From Sporopachydermia quercuum (Eukaryota), in NCBI GenBank assembly GCA_001599295.1, contig BCGN01000002.1, forward strand, positions 806,001 to 870,000: a stretch of 64,000 nucleotides of DNA. The letters run 5' to 3'. This document shows, piece after piece, positions 47,733 through 60,507 of the stretch (positions are counted from its first letter, which is position 1; every line of letters starts with the position of its first letter). The notes under the pieces were generated by a model. That model did no database searches. It had not been told where the DNA came from and was given only the letters and a program-made list of their open reading frames with translations. Both the position numbers and the translations under genes were made by a program.

Positions 47733-49213
47733 TGTTGATTATCGGAGTTGTTGATATCGATAAAGAATGCTCAATTCAGGCTGAAATTAACAGTCGCCAA
47801 ACCTTATTTATTACCACTCTTTAAACTGGTTGGTGGCTTTGAATATATTACAACTCTTTATTTGCTTCTTCTATATTCATTTCATAGTCTGTCATTTGTA
47901 CATATATTATGTATCATAGTAAGAAGGATTATGAGAAATTCGCGTCGATGATCGATATATTTTTAGAGTGACCGTACTATCGTGCATTGAAAGTGCATGA
48001 ATATACAGGACAAGGTTCAACTTTAATTGATTTTGAATTGCTATCATACGTTTCAGAATGTGGAACGAGAACAAAATTTGGTTTTCTCAATATGGGATTG
48101 GATAATTTACACGACTATTGATCAAACAGTAGTTATCTATTTTTATCGGTCTTTACATTCCACAAAATTGTACTGCGTATTGTACTGTATTGGCTGTTGT
48201 TGGATCACTGGGAGCTTAGGTTTGTTTACCAGGAAATCCCAACCAATGATCATTTACTTCGGTGAATTGTATTTGAAATCTGAATTTCTAAATAGAAGCA
48301 AAGCTTTTTGATCATAGAGTCCCTAAAAGGTTAATTTTTCAATTCTAAGTACCATTTTTATCTGCTTTGCTCAATCAAAAAGAATGATAGGCGACCCTCC
48401 TTCCCTTTTCTTGTCAAACTTAATGTTGCTTCTCGTATATTCATGTTAATTCGGTAAATATTCCCAGNTAAGATTTTAACTTCGTCCACACTACTCAGCT
48501 TTTCACATATTCTATTATCATAGAATATGATAATTAAAGTTTTCCGCTATTCCCAAATTGGAGACTATAATAAGCATTCTGGTCACTATTCCTTTTTTTC
48601 TAATGCTTAAATATGTAATGTTTATCAATTTACTTGACTGGCCAACGATAATCATATATATACTTTACTTCTGATGCGTACCTTCCAAGATTCTCTTGCC
48701 TTTGATTACGTCATATAGAAGTAAACTATTGCATCTCAGCTCAACAAAGACTTTCCATTAGGTTTAATAATTGGAAATTGCCTCTTTAGGTCATTTGTAA
48801 ATATTTGCTGCTTTTGGAAATGTAAGGCGGAAAGCTTCTTCTCAACAATGAGTTTCAACTTCTTTTCTTGATATGAATTACACGGCATAGATTAGAAGTT
48901 AATGAAAATTGATGAAATCTGAGTATTACTCTTGTCTGATTGTAAAATTACTGTTTCTACTAACTCAGTAATATTGGAGGAGTATGTAAAAGTTGTACTT
49001 CCACTGCTCTAAAACAAAAAGTGTCAAATACATCACAGTACTTACTACTATAAGTCATCATCAGAAACTGTCTTTGGTATTGTCATTGATTACACTAGCT
49101 AAAACCAGTATTTGCTGACAGTTGCTCGATATATTGAAAGGAAGGCAAAGNTTATAGGAAATTTAATATCATCCAACAACAAATAAAAACACAAGTATCA
49201 TTATCAAATCAAA

Positions 49214-49684
49214 ATGAGTAATGAAGAGAGATCATCAGTCAGTCCTATTCAACCTCTTCATAGGAATTTGAATGGTGCAAACTCTGGTAACAACCCTTTA
49301 CAGCAGCAAATTTTTGGTAACACATCATTAAAGCATCCGTAAGTGTTTGATTTAATATTTTGAAAAGACAACAGAGACATTCATGTGTAATGGATTGCCT
49401 CTTGTCTTCTCCCTTTTTCTTTCCTCTTTTCCTTGTTGTTGTATCGTTCATAGTTCCTAACTTTTTTATAGCTCTAATTTTGCTTCTCCAACTGATAGAA
49501 TCATGTCACCATGTTCTGCAAAGCTNAATGCTCACAAGAGTAAACTATATGCAAAGTAAGTATCTCTAAAGGTTTCTATCAACAATTGAATAATACTAAC
49601 AAGAATCCCGTTAGAACCAAACCAACTTTACTTCAATTCGATAAACCAAGTCTCCAAGCGGAAGGTAATGAAAATCTATACTAA
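49214..49684 (+). CDS. SPO12: Spo12-family mitotic-exit (FEAR) protein, 92 aa; 3 exons (49214-49338, 49472-49555, 49615-49684)
   Basis: Two GTAAGT...CTAAC...TAG phase-2 introns join in frame. Exon 2 encodes FASPTDRIMSPCSAKLNAHKSK, the Spo12 signature. The gene is absent from the ORF track. Confidence 0.9.
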
Positions 49685-50393
49685 TTTTGCTAAATCAAAA
49701 GAGATTTTGAACTCTTTGTGAAATTATCTTTTCTTGTGATACCTAGTTGACCGAACATATATGTGATCTTCCATTGAAGAGTTTATATAATTACGATACA
49801 TGCCTTTTGATTTGCCTCAAGAAAAGATCTGAGGTGCTTCCTCACTGATAAACATATTTGTTATCAGTTTTATTTTATCTTNATATCAGAAGTTAAATAA
49901 TTTACTTCTAAAAATGCTGGGCGGTTGCAATAAATTTACTATTTTTCTTGATATTGATATTTAACTTCGAGTTCTGTCTCATCATTTCAATGATATGTCT
50001 TGAAGATCGTAGTTAGTTGTCATTTGCCTACTCCTAGTGACCATTAATGTAATAGAATAATAGAAACTGAAATTTGCATATAAATGATATGCCCCTCAAG
50101 AATGAGAAAGCAGCCACTTCGAATTCAGTTAGTAATCATTAACAAATTAATTATAGATATTAAGTTACCATATTAAGTTACCATGTTATGTAGCTATATT
50201 AGGTCAATATAGAAATGCAGTGTGAACAGAAAGGATAACAACTAGTAGTTGAATGTTCTTTGAGAGTAGATTGATAAAACCAATAGAAAGGAGGTAAATT
50301 CTATAACGACCAATAGACACTTAAAAAATTAAAAGAAAGAAAGAAAGAAAGCAAGAGACTAGTAACAAGATTGTCTATGATTNATATTCGTCA

Positions 50394-51653
50394 TTATTTT
50401 CCAATATTGATCTTACAACGATCATACGTTTTAAGTCCCATCAGAAATATTGCATAAGTAACACTATCATTATCAGGTTCATGATAAATTTCTGACAACC
50501 TAATTTGCCATGGTGGAAATCCTTGTAAGTCCACTCTTGGGCCAAATATAATTAGCACATCGGGTTCTTCGGAAACAATTGATTTCATTTCCTCATCAAC
50601 TAATTCTATAGTTATATCTTTTTCATTTATATCTCCTTTCTTAGCCATNTCAGCCATAGTTCTTGTAAGATCAACAATCGTTTCCCTACCGTCTTCAACG
50701 GAGAGTAAAAGAACATTAATCCTTACTTTCGTTTGATTATTGGAGCTATGTTCACCACCAAAAATCAACTTTTCACCGGTATGAGGAACAGTAACTTGAT
50801 ACGAAGGTATACTGCCTGAACCATAATAAGATGCAAGTTTTTCATGAATTGCATCATAAACATCTTTATAGTACCCTTTTAGAACACCACTCGCTTCATA
50901 AACAATTAATGTTTCAACACCTGCGCCTAGACACCAGGCAGTTATATTACCAACATTATCAAGTAATCCTTCAACACCCCCACCTTCTTCATTCTCCTTG
51001 AAATCCAATATTACTCCAACTGTTTTCGGCAATTTTGAAAATTTTGCGACATCGCGTTTAATTAATTGCGGTGTACGATTATGATGATATAAGAACACAA
51101 ATACTCTAGTGCGAATGCGATGATAATAGTATAAAACACCATTATAAAGGTAAAGGGTTAAATACACTATCATAAGAATGAAACGAGAGATGTAAAACTT
51201 AGCCAAATCAATTGCTGTTAAAGGTATCTTTTGAGTCGCACTTGTTATACTCACAGGTGTTGTTGTAATATTTAATACATCTTGAATAAATGATTTATGA
51301 GGTTTCCGTCTGTTTTTACCTGATTCTAATAAAGGGGACTTCTTTGTTTCATTACTTCTTTTTAATTGTTCAACTGATGTTATTTTTTGAAGACTTGAAT
51401 TAGTTTCTCCTCTTGTATTTATAACAGACTTATCATCACTAGTATTGGTAACCCTATGACCATTGACCTCCTCCTTGTCGTACTTATAATTGCGATTGTT
51501 CCCATTGGATTTACTCTCGTCTTCCTTCTGAGATTTTGATGAAAACCCATTCAGTGATAATTTTTCATCTTCATACTTATTTGCAAGATTATTACAATCT
51601 TCTGTAGCCTTATTTGACAGTAAGATATCTTTTGAATTGATCATATCACTCAT
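50394..51653 (-). CDS. NUS1: cis-prenyltransferase (dolichol synthesis) subunit Nus1/NgBR
   Basis: TM segment, HHNRTPQLI..DV, LLSVEDGRETIVDLT, EPDVL, LQGFPPWQIRLSEI and a C-terminal NIGK. Confidence 0.92.
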   Translation of the reverse strand: MSDMINSKDILLSNKATEDCNNLANKYEDEKLSLNGFSSKSQKEDESKSNGNNRNYKYDKEEVNGHRVTNTSDDKSVINTRGETNSSLQKITSVEQLKRSNETKKSPLLESGKNRRKPHKSFIQDVLNITTTPVSITSATQKIPLTAIDLAKFYISRFILMIVYLTLYLYNGVLYYYHRIRTRVFVFLYHHNRTPQLIKRDVAKFSKLPKTVGVILDFKENEEGGGVEGLLDNVGNITAWCLGAGVETLIVYEASGVLKGYYKDVYDAIHEKLASYYGSGSIPSYQVTVPHTGEKLIFGGEHSSNNQTKVRINVLLLSVEDGRETIVDLTRTMAXMAKKGDINEKDITIELVDEEMKSIVSEEPDVLIIFGPRVDLQGFPPWQIRLSEIYHEPDNDSVTYAIFLMGLKTYDRCKINIGK

Positions 51654-53687
51654 TATGTAATGAACAAGAGTTAGCTGTCGTTGAAATTGAAGTTCAAAGA
51701 TATATAATGCCTGATTCTATCCTAATATGAGATGATATGTTTATGATAAAATTTCCTAGTTAACAGCTGCTGGTTGAATTGTGGGACAACAAGATTCTTC
51801 TGTATAGTCTCAGTTTCAAATAGTCAATTTTATGGTTAAGTGCCCTGACTAAATTTTGATCGCTCCTTACCTTATGTAATGATATGAAGAGTCAATAACA
51901 GTANCTCAATCTGTAATAATACCAGTAATATTCATTTACTTTGGATTGGTTACTGTCAGAGATAATAATTAACAGTAGAACTCTTGATAGCTTGAATCGA
52001 CTTCTATCAACAATAAATTTATATTATATTCAGGCGTCGAGCATCTATTCAGCAGATTCTAATGATCAATTTCTTTCGTTCTTTCTATTGTATTTAAGAA
52101 CAAGGATACTAAATCAATGACCACTTTCTTCGAGTAGTTGAGTAGTTTATAGTTGTTATTGTTACAAATAACCAGAGTCAAGTAATTATTCTTTCTCTTT
52201 CTTTTGTTTTTGTCTTATTCAATTCAGATAATCAAACTGCTTCTAATTCAAAGATTCTTAATATATTTAAGTGGAGCAGTCGAAATGATGTTGTTTACCA
52301 ATGATTCATACAAAAAGTAACAACAAACTAGCAAATTCAGTTTGTTGGTGAAAAGAACCGCTGAGAGGTGTTTGAGTGAAAAACCAACGAACTAACTATC
52401 TTTTTCCTTCAATATGTTACCGCCAACAGTACACTTCTCGGTAGTAGAAAGTAGTTGCTTCGTTAACAATCTCTTTTCTGATTTAACTCACTGAATTACT
52501 ATTTCTCTGAAGGTATTCTATTATATAGATGAACTCTACTTTCAGCTATTTCTTCAGCTTCATCAACCTTACTTTTCCCTTTAATGCAAGTTTTAATCTA
52601 TTCTCTCCAAAAAGTACAGCTTTATGATGTATCTTGTACCTTTGAATGGCTATGTGGTTGATCAATTGATTTATGTTCAATTAAGCCATTATAATCAAAT
52701 AGTGATCTGATTAGCTGAACAGATGTGGTGACGGAGAATCTGTAAATAATAAGGAGCTAGTAACTTGTCATGGGAACAGTGGAACCTTACCATTTATATA
52801 TTCTAAAGTTTGTTGTATTATTATTAAATTAACTANTGACAATATTTAATTGATATTACTTAGTTGGTTCTCTAATTAAAGAAAATTAGTCAAATAGTTG
52901 TTCTTTTCCTTTTAAATCAGTTTGGTAGTCGAATTCCGGAGATAAAATGATTAAAGCATTTATTATAGTTTCCGCACATTTGGTTAGTATAGATGGGATA
53001 TCGAGTCACGTGGACGAGTATTTACCACTATTAACAAATGTATAATCAAATGATTGTTCTACAAAAATCAAGAGTTCACAGTAAAGAATAAATATTCAAC
53101 ATATGTTCTTCTATTGAAAGAAGTGACACTAAATCTCATAGCTTCCATAATACAAGTATAGTTTGCATATTAACTGAAGTAAGAACTTTCCATGCCTACA
53201 ACTTAGAGTATGTTCATTTCTAATTGGACGTAATATAAAGAAGAGAGAGTATATATTCATGATTATTTTTGATTCGTTGTATAAATTATTATCTAGAGAT
53301 GAATCACAAATTCAATTTTGATAGTATAAATGATAATAAAGCAAAGTAAATAGAAAAGATGGAAAAGAAATTTGGTAAAAATGTAATCTCAAAAATATGA
53401 ATTTCGTTATGCACTTATTGACCCTTGACCATGACCTAGACCTAGACCCTCTATTGAACAAAATTTAGATACTGCTATCTTTTGGAAATATGAAAGATGA
53501 GTGTGAATTTGACAAATTGTATTTTTTGCCTGTTGATTAGATGAAATAGATGAGATAAGCCTGCTTCGACATTAGTTAGAATGATAGATGAAATAATGCT
53601 GAAAAGTGATAGTCAACCAAATCGAATGTTCGTTGAAATGGAAAAACTGTGGAACTAAAGCCTTCTGGATATGTGATTGAAAGATGA

Positions 53688-55946
53688 TTATAAATCTGGA
53701 GGTTCGTTAGACTTGAACAAGAATCCACCGCAGCCTATATTAAGCTCTAGTATACTCCTCTGATCTGATGGAGTATCTTCAAGTTGATCAGTAGATGCAT
53801 CATTCAACTGAGTAATTCCTTGACTGTTAAATTGAGAATAATCATAGTGAGGTGAAGGTATATCAGATAAAGGTATTACTTCGTGAAGATGTGTAGTGTC
53901 AGATGCTATATGATTATCATTATGACTATGGTGCAAGGTTCTCAAATATCTAGTGAAGTCATCGTTGCTATTGTCCTTAGAGTTGTTCATATTGGTTGTT
54001 GTACTACTTTGTTGCTCTGAAGTAGTAATAGTTTTATTAATGTTGTTATTGCTATTGCTGATATTGTTGATATTCTGATTGTTATAAGGGTCAATCACAT
54101 TACTTCCACCAGAAAAAGAACCAATTGAACTCATTCGATTTGATAATGATACTGAATTGGTCCCACTCTGGGTGTTTGCTCTAACTCTTCCAGTGAAGCC
54201 AGTCTTTGAAGGTATGAACTTAACAGATGTAATAGCATTCTTCGAAACCAAGAACATTTCATCAATTTGCTCCAATGATAAACCTTTTGTTTCATACAAC
54301 ATGAAATAAACGAAGAAAAATGATAAAACATTACAGCAACCCCAGATAAAGAAAACTTTTGAACCAAGATCAGCATTCTTTGGACCAGGGTCAACCAAAT
54401 AAGGTGTTGCATATGCTATAGCGAAGTTGAATAGCCAGTTTGTGGCAGCGGATAATGCAACGGATTTACCTCTGGTCCTTAAAGGAAAAATTTCACCAAC
54501 ATAAACCCAGGCACCTGGACCCCATGATGAGGCAAACGAAGCAATAAACACACACAAGAAAGCAATCAAAATTTTGTTTGATACAACCGAATCGACAGTA
54601 ACAGCAACTGAAGCTATTACAAAATCACATACTACCATTCCAATTGCGCCAAACATCAACAGTTTTCTTCTTCCTATGAATTCCACCAATAGAATACCAG
54701 GAATTGTAGTACCAACATTAACAATGTTCATTACCATTTGAATCAAAAAAGAGTTTTCAATTCCTACTTTTTTGAAGAAAGTTGTTCCATAATAAAATAT
54801 AAAGTTTATACCAGTTAATTGTTGAAAAGCTTGTAAAGCCATACCGGTAAGCATTCTCTTTAGTTGATGATTACCGGATTTGAAACAATCAAGAAAACTA
54901 TGTTTACCAAATGACATTTCATAATTATGATTGGCTTGAATTTCAACAAGCTCTTCAACAAGAGCAGAATGGGATAAAGGTAACCTTCTTAATCTTGATA
55001 GAGACATTGCGGCTTTATCTAATTGATTTCTTCTAACATAGAAACGGGGAGTTTCCGGTAAAAAGAACATACCAACACCTAATATAGTGGACCATACAAA
55101 TTGTATCCCAATTGGTATCCTATAGCAAGATGGACTCATCTGGGTATGGGTAGCTTGAGTAACAACTGATGCTAATAAAAGACCTATTGTTATAGCTAGC
55201 TGATACGTTGATACAACAGCACCTCGAACCCATTTTGGAGCCGCTTCAGATTGATATACTGGTACAACAGCTGATACTATGCCAACAGCGATACCAGTAA
55301 CTGTTCTTCCCGCACATAATAAACTGAGCTTTTCTGAAACCATTTGGAGAATTAACCCTATGGTGAAGAAGAAAAATGCCGCTATCATTAAAGCCCATCT
55401 TCTACCTAAAGTATCCGAAATCAACGGAGAGAATGATGAACCAAGAAAAGTTCCTAAAGAGAGAATTGAGGTTGCAAGCGACAATTCACTTGATGAGAAT
55501 TCAATCCCTGATGAAGAAAAATTCTCTTTCATATATTCCATTGCTAGTAAACCAGAAATAATACCTGTATCATATCCATAAAGTAATCCACCTAAAGCTG
55601 CAAATAATGCAACTGCAACTGCCATGAAATTTGATCCGTCTTCTTTCAAACTCTTATCAACAAATATCCCCGCAATATAACTACCAATATGGCTCATTTG
55701 GGCTCTCATATTATCTGAGACTGACTGATAAGACATTGATCTGTCTGATGTTGATGTACTACCTTTTATTGGCGACATCTTTTCTATATTATTCCTCTCA
55801 TTATGGTTCTGGCTCTGGTCATGATTATGGTCATGATTATGGTCATGGTTATCTACACTATCACTATTCTCTTCGTCATTCTGTAAGTATAGGTCTTCAA
55901 CTGAAGAGTCATCTCTTGATCGACTTTGCCTTGAAGAAAGGCTCAT
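53688..55946 (-). CDS. Snf3/Rgt2-type glucose sensor (sugar porter MFS with long cytosolic tail)
   Basis: GGLLYGYDTG, PVYQSEAAPK..RGA, LPETPR, QAFQQLTGINFIFYYG and YETKGLSLEQID, followed by a ~190-aa N/S-rich C-terminal tail. Confidence 0.85.
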   Translation of the reverse strand: MSLSSRQSRSRDDSSVEDLYLQNDEENSDSVDNHDHNHDHNHDQSQNHNERNNIEKMSPIKGSTSTSDRSMSYQSVSDNMRAQMSHIGSYIAGIFVDKSLKEDGSNFMAVAVALFAALGGLLYGYDTGIISGLLAMEYMKENFSSSGIEFSSSELSLATSILSLGTFLGSSFSPLISDTLGRRWALMIAAFFFFTIGLILQMVSEKLSLLCAGRTVTGIAVGIVSAVVPVYQSEAAPKWVRGAVVSTYQLAITIGLLLASVVTQATHTQMSPSCYRIPIGIQFVWSTILGVGMFFLPETPRFYVRRNQLDKAAMSLSRLRRLPLSHSALVEELVEIQANHNYEMSFGKHSFLDCFKSGNHQLKRMLTGMALQAFQQLTGINFIFYYGTTFFKKVGIENSFLIQMVMNIVNVGTTIPGILLVEFIGRRKLLMFGAIGMVVCDFVIASVAVTVDSVVSNKILIAFLCVFIASFASSWGPGAWVYVGEIFPLRTRGKSVALSAATNWLFNFAIAYATPYLVDPGPKNADLGSKVFFIWGCCNVLSFFFVYFMLYETKGLSLEQIDEMFLVSKNAITSVKFIPSKTGFTGRVRANTQSGTNSVSLSNRMSSIGSFSGGSNVIDPYNNQNINNISNSNNNINKTITTSEQQSSTTTNMNNSKDNSNDDFTRYLRTLHHSHNDNHIASDTTHLHEVIPLSDIPSPHYDYSQFNSQGITQLNDASTDQLEDTPSDQRSILELNIGCGGFLFKSNEPPDL

Positions 55947-56794
55947 AGTATCGCAACCAGTAGCTATATATATATTAATTCCTTAAATTATTTTTTAAGA
56001 AAAGTATTTCAAGAACCTTGTTGCAATAATTTGTCCCTTGCCCTNAAACTATACCAATGTAATTCAATATCAATCAGCTATACTAGATTTGTATTGCGCT
56101 TCTCTGATTTTCAAATATTGCATATTACACGCTCCGAGGACGTCTTCTTTGTTACCGCACTCTTCTCCAAAACAGATTGTTACAGTACATCAAACGTTCT
56201 TCTTCTCATTTATCATATTTCATTATCTGCACCTCGTTACTAATAACGATTAGCATTGCCTGAATTTATCCACGAGGAGAGAGAAGAGGGTTATAAGAAC
56301 AATAAAACGTAATAACAATGACAATTCAATATGCTGCAAAATGAATAAAAACACCAAGGTTGATCTTCAAATTCTTCAATCTGATGGACTGACATTATTG
56401 ATGTTCATGTTATTCTATCCTTGTTAATCTGTGCTCTTTCTTTCCTTTAGATAAAATTACTCAGTGGGTTCTCTTACAAATCAACCAGGGAGGGGAAATG
56501 GCGAAGATGTGAATTAAAGTTTGAAATATGTAAATAGGGTTAATGAGTTTATGTATGACATGCATTAAGCTCAGGGATCAATGTGCAACAAAACGAACCT
56601 GGTGAGACGTGAAGTCTCTGAAGGAGAAAAGATTTTTGAAAATTGATAAAAGCATTTACTGTGAGGGAACATATTATGTTATGATGAAGTTATGTTAACT
56701 GGTGGAGCTATATCATTATTGTTCGGAATGGTTAATGGTTTGAATAAGGTAGTTCTGTTTGTGATTAGGGAATTGGNTGATTTAGAAACTAAAA

Positions 56795-57619
56795 ATGATT
56801 AGTGAAGTTAACGGATATCTGGTTCTACCAGTAAGATTCAATAATGCTGTCCACTATATATATTTGCGAAAACATCAAAGCATAGAAGAAGTAGTGAAGG
56901 ATCGAGCTCTCTTTTTAGCAAATATACCTTTAGATGCAACTGCAGGACATTTTAAANCATTGTTTGCCGAAATAGCTAAAGATAGTCCTTCGGCTTTAAT
57001 TGAAGACTTTGCTAAATCTCATCCTTTATCGTTAGAAGCGATCACATATGCACCTGATGAGATTGAGTATAAGTTACCAAGAAATTGTGGCCTAATTACA
57101 TTTGTAGATAAATCAGCCTGCACATTAGCATTGAATCAGTTAAAGAAGTTTGTGGGTAAAGAAAGTATAGCAAGTTGGCCTACAAAAGCTTTAGTGAAAT
57201 CCGAAACAGGAGAGTATTTTTCAGGATCAAAGAAGTACCTTCAACAAGCAGAATCAAAGTATCCTGATCTAAGATTACTTACACAGATTGTCAGTATGCA
57301 CATGNTTCGATTTACCGAGATTGAGAGCGAACAAATGAAAGAACTGAATGATATGCGATTAGTAGATGAAGATGGGTTTCAATTGGTTGTTGGTAAGAAT
57401 AGAAAGTCTAGGCAAGGAATGGAAGCTATTTCTCCAACCGATGGTGCTATTGTGAAGAATAATAAGAACAAGAGATCAAAAGAAAAGAANGATTTCTACA
57501 GATTCCAAATAAGAGAGCAAAAGAAACAAGAAATGAATGATTTGTTGAGAAAATTCAAGCAAGACCAAGAAAAGATCAAGCTACTGAAAGAGAAAAAGAA
57601 GTTTCGCCTAGAGCTTTAA
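56795..57619 (+). CDS. RRP7: Ribosomal RNA-processing protein Rrp7
   Basis: HYIYLRKH, an RRM-like LFLANIP, VDEDGFQLV, DFYRFQIREQKK and LLRKFKQDQEKI. Confidence 0.9.
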   Translation: MISEVNGYLVLPVRFNNAVHYIYLRKHQSIEEVVKDRALFLANIPLDATAGHFKXLFAEIAKDSPSALIEDFAKSHPLSLEAITYAPDEIEYKLPRNCGLITFVDKSACTLALNQLKKFVGKESIASWPTKALVKSETGEYFSGSKKYLQQAESKYPDLRLLTQIVSMHMXRFTEIESEQMKELNDMRLVDEDGFQLVVGKNRKSRQGMEAISPTDGAIVKNNKNKRSKEKXDFYRFQIREQKKQEMNDLLRKFKQDQEKIKLLKEKKKFRLEL

Positions 57620-57839
57620 TGAGATGAGAGAGAAGCAGCATATTTATTCAATTTATGTAGATTTTTCTTTATTATTTTTTCTTTTCGAATCTGGACTTTT
57701 ATAGATGCATGGGGACAGTTACAGGAAATGTATATTACAGTNAAAAATNATGGTAAAACAATAATAAAAAAATGATTGACCTTATATATGCTGCTACGAA
57801 CTGGTTTTCTTTCATTGAATGAATTATTGGTTATGTAGT

Positions 57840-59300
57840 TTAATTATTGTTATTATTATTGCCAATACTACCGGTTGATTCTTCCATTTGTCGAAGCATG
57901 ATTGCTGGATGCTTGCCTTGTTCTTGAAGTTCTCTGAATATCACTACAGGTTTCTCATCTAATGCCAAAACTCTCTCTTTGTCTCCGTAACATATCACCA
58001 AAGCGTATCTCTTGCCGTCATTAACCAAACCGTGCCGTTTCATTGCAGCGTGTAAAACTTTAGAACATGAATCGTCCGTTGATGCCCTGAGCTGTTTCAA
58101 AGGTTCTGATTTCAAGGTAGAAGCTTTCGAGCTGCCTCTGTCATCTGAAGAGCTTGAATCACGATGCTTGTTTTCATCGTCATTGTTGTTGAACTTTATC
58201 GACTTATGAGATTTTTTATGCGCTAGTAGAGGATGCTTATGAGAGCTGCTGTCGCCAGATGCAAGAGCAGTTGTATTGGGTTGATGTGTATAATAAGATG
58301 CTTGGCCTGAAGATAAAGGAGCTGATGATAAACCTGTCGTGGGAGTTAACGATGTTCCAGGAATTGTAGATGGATATGAGCTAGTTGATAGTGAATCACC
58401 ATTGGATTGAACATTATTTGAGTGACTTGTTAATGATGAGGGGAAACTGGAAAAACCAACAGAACCAGGCTGTGAGGTTTTTGGTTCTGGTGTTGGTAAA
58501 GGTTTAGATTCTTTCACTAATTTGAAAACGGGTAATAAATCTTCTCTTATTTTTGTAAAAGCATCATTTAATCTTTTGATGTTAGTTTCATCTTGGAAAA
58601 TGCGATTATCTCTTAATTCTAACTGTTGAAATACTGCACCTATGTCATCTTCTAATCTTTTATATGTTGCATTAGCCCATGTCAAACTCACACCCGATCC
58701 TTGAAGATATGATTCTTGAAGCTGAACACTATCGATTCTTATCGAAAGTAATGTATTGATATGCTTGAAAAGTGTAAGTCTATNTGCAATATTGGCTATT
58801 CCAATTTCCTTTAGATCATCGTGTGANAAGTAAAATAAAACATCACCTGCGATTTTATGCTCTTTGAGAACTGGAAAGTATTGCTTTAGATTTTCCGACG
58901 AAGGTAAGGACTCTAACCATTTAATTACATCATCACAACTCCAATCAAATACTGATTGAAGATTATTGCTCTTCAAGAACTGTTTCTGATGTTGAATATA
59001 GATGGAACTTTCATCTTCAACATGATTTGAGACATTTGAATTGGAGGATAATGCATTACCCGGTGACATGGTCATGGGTAATGATGATGTTGAAGATGAT
59101 GATGGTATCCTGGTACTTGTTAACGTTGAGGATGATGGTTGCGATAGTAAGTTACTACTACTGTTATTAGATGTACTGGTGGGACTGGTTGAACTGGTAG
59201 AATTAATTGGACTTGCTGAAGGTTTCAGCATATCGCCAGAATCTTCTGGATGTTCCTTACTCCCTGTCGGCTTCTCTGCCGATATTGACGAATGGNACAT
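57840..59300 (-). CDS. STE50: MAPKKK adaptor Ste50 (SAM and Ras-association domains)
   Basis: SAM domain ([10 protein letters not shown]...EH.I.GDVL...DLKEIGI), KPLPTP, and an RA domain ([18 protein letters not shown]...[14 protein letters not shown]...EKPV..F..L...GKHPAIMLR). Confidence 0.9.
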   Translation of the reverse strand: MXHSSISAEKPTGSKEHPEDSGDMLKPSASPINSTSSTSPTSTSNNSSSNLLSQPSSSTLTSTRIPSSSSTSSLPMTMSPGNALSSNSNVSNHVEDESSIYIQHQKQFLKSNNLQSVFDWSCDDVIKWLESLPSSENLKQYFPVLKEHKIAGDVLFYXSHDDLKEIGIANIAXRLTLFKHINTLLSIRIDSVQLQESYLQGSGVSLTWANATYKRLEDDIGAVFQQLELRDNRIFQDETNIKRLNDAFTKIREDLLPVFKLVKESKPLPTPEPKTSQPGSVGFSSFPSSLTSHSNNVQSNGDSLSTSSYPSTIPGTSLTPTTGLSSAPLSSGQASYYTHQPNTTALASGDSSSHKHPLLAHKKSHKSIKFNNNDDENKHRDSSSSDDRGSSKASTLKSEPLKQLRASTDDSCSKVLHAAMKRHGLVNDGKRYALVICYGDKERVLALDEKPVVIFRELQEQGKHPAIMLRQMEESTGSIGNNNNNN

Positions 59301-60507
59301 TGTGATTCTTCTGAACTCAATCTCTTGTGTCTCCCACTACAGTAAACCGATGAGCAGTATAATAGGCCTCTTCAAAATAGTTAGTTACTATCAAAATCGA
59401 TCAATCACCAGAATAATCAGATTTCACAGTATTACTATAACGAATGTAAAAGAAATAATCAGCATATTCTCAAAGAATCGTTTGATCTGCTGCCCTTCTG
59501 CTTCTCCTTTTCTTTCGGTTTGTTAATGTCATTTTTCACTTGGAATCTTTCTGCTAATTAAATATTTCCTAGAAGCATATTATTTGAATAAAGTAATTAG
59601 TTGTCGTAGAAATACTAAATATAGTAACAGAAGAGGAAACGTAATTCTATGCATGATTGTGCATAATTATGTATACCTTGATGACTCTGATCTGAATGGA
59701 ATATTAGGATGAGGTTGCCATGAGATTAAAATGAGAACTGGTGTGAGGAAAAATATGACGAGATGAAAAGCAGCTGTACATACTTTGAAGCTAATCTTTC
59801 TTAGTAAAAGAATTGTCTTTTTATAGGGTGATGGAAGAAGAAAGTAGTCGCATCGACTGTAAGGTACTGCGACTAACAGTCGTTTCGACTGGAAATCTAA
59901 AATCAGATTTATTGAAAAAATTACCTGCAAGGAAGAAATATTTCGAATATAATCAATATCTATGTTTTAGATGGCTGTTTTAATTGGTAGTTAGTACGGG
60001 AAATAAATAGCTGGAAAAGATAAAAAGTGATCAAATGAAACCAAAGACTGATTGGTACCTTGCATGAATGTTGCATAGGTGCAAGCCCTGTCCTCTATGA
60101 TGAGTTCATTGTTCTGTTCATCATTCTGCTTTTGATTCTTGTTTTGATAGAATTATGGAAAACGAAGTAAACTCAATTCTGGTCGAGTAAAAAATCGTAG
60201 AAAATGGGGTGATGATGGAATTAAATTACTGGATTAATTGTTAGATTTCTATGCGTGTTTGNTAAATTGAAACGCGCATGTTAGAGGCCTGGGAGGTTAA
60301 GCTCATGCTTGTTCCTCCATAATCTTGTACGATAATACAAAAGCGCGGAGATACAAAACAAAGATATTGTTAGGAAGATGATGATTTGAAGCAGATGAAC
60401 TATTGTTAAGAAAGAAAAATTTACTGGAAGGTATCTATATAATTGTATATTAAACTAAATGACGTGTTTATGATCAAAATGCATATGTTGGAAGTTATGG
60501 AAAATGT

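Noticed and set aside
48822..49160. Splice-like signals and TGATGA/CTGA boxes upstream of SPO12 as a snoRNA host transcript
   Set aside because: The branch-to-AG spacing (4 nt) is shorter than in the introns supported here, there is no clear terminal C box, and there is only an 8-nt possible rRNA complement.
57840..57875. Ste50 ending in poly-Asn, suggesting a missing 3' exon
   Set aside because: The RA domain is complete, and no convincing donor, branchpoint and acceptor set lies downstream.
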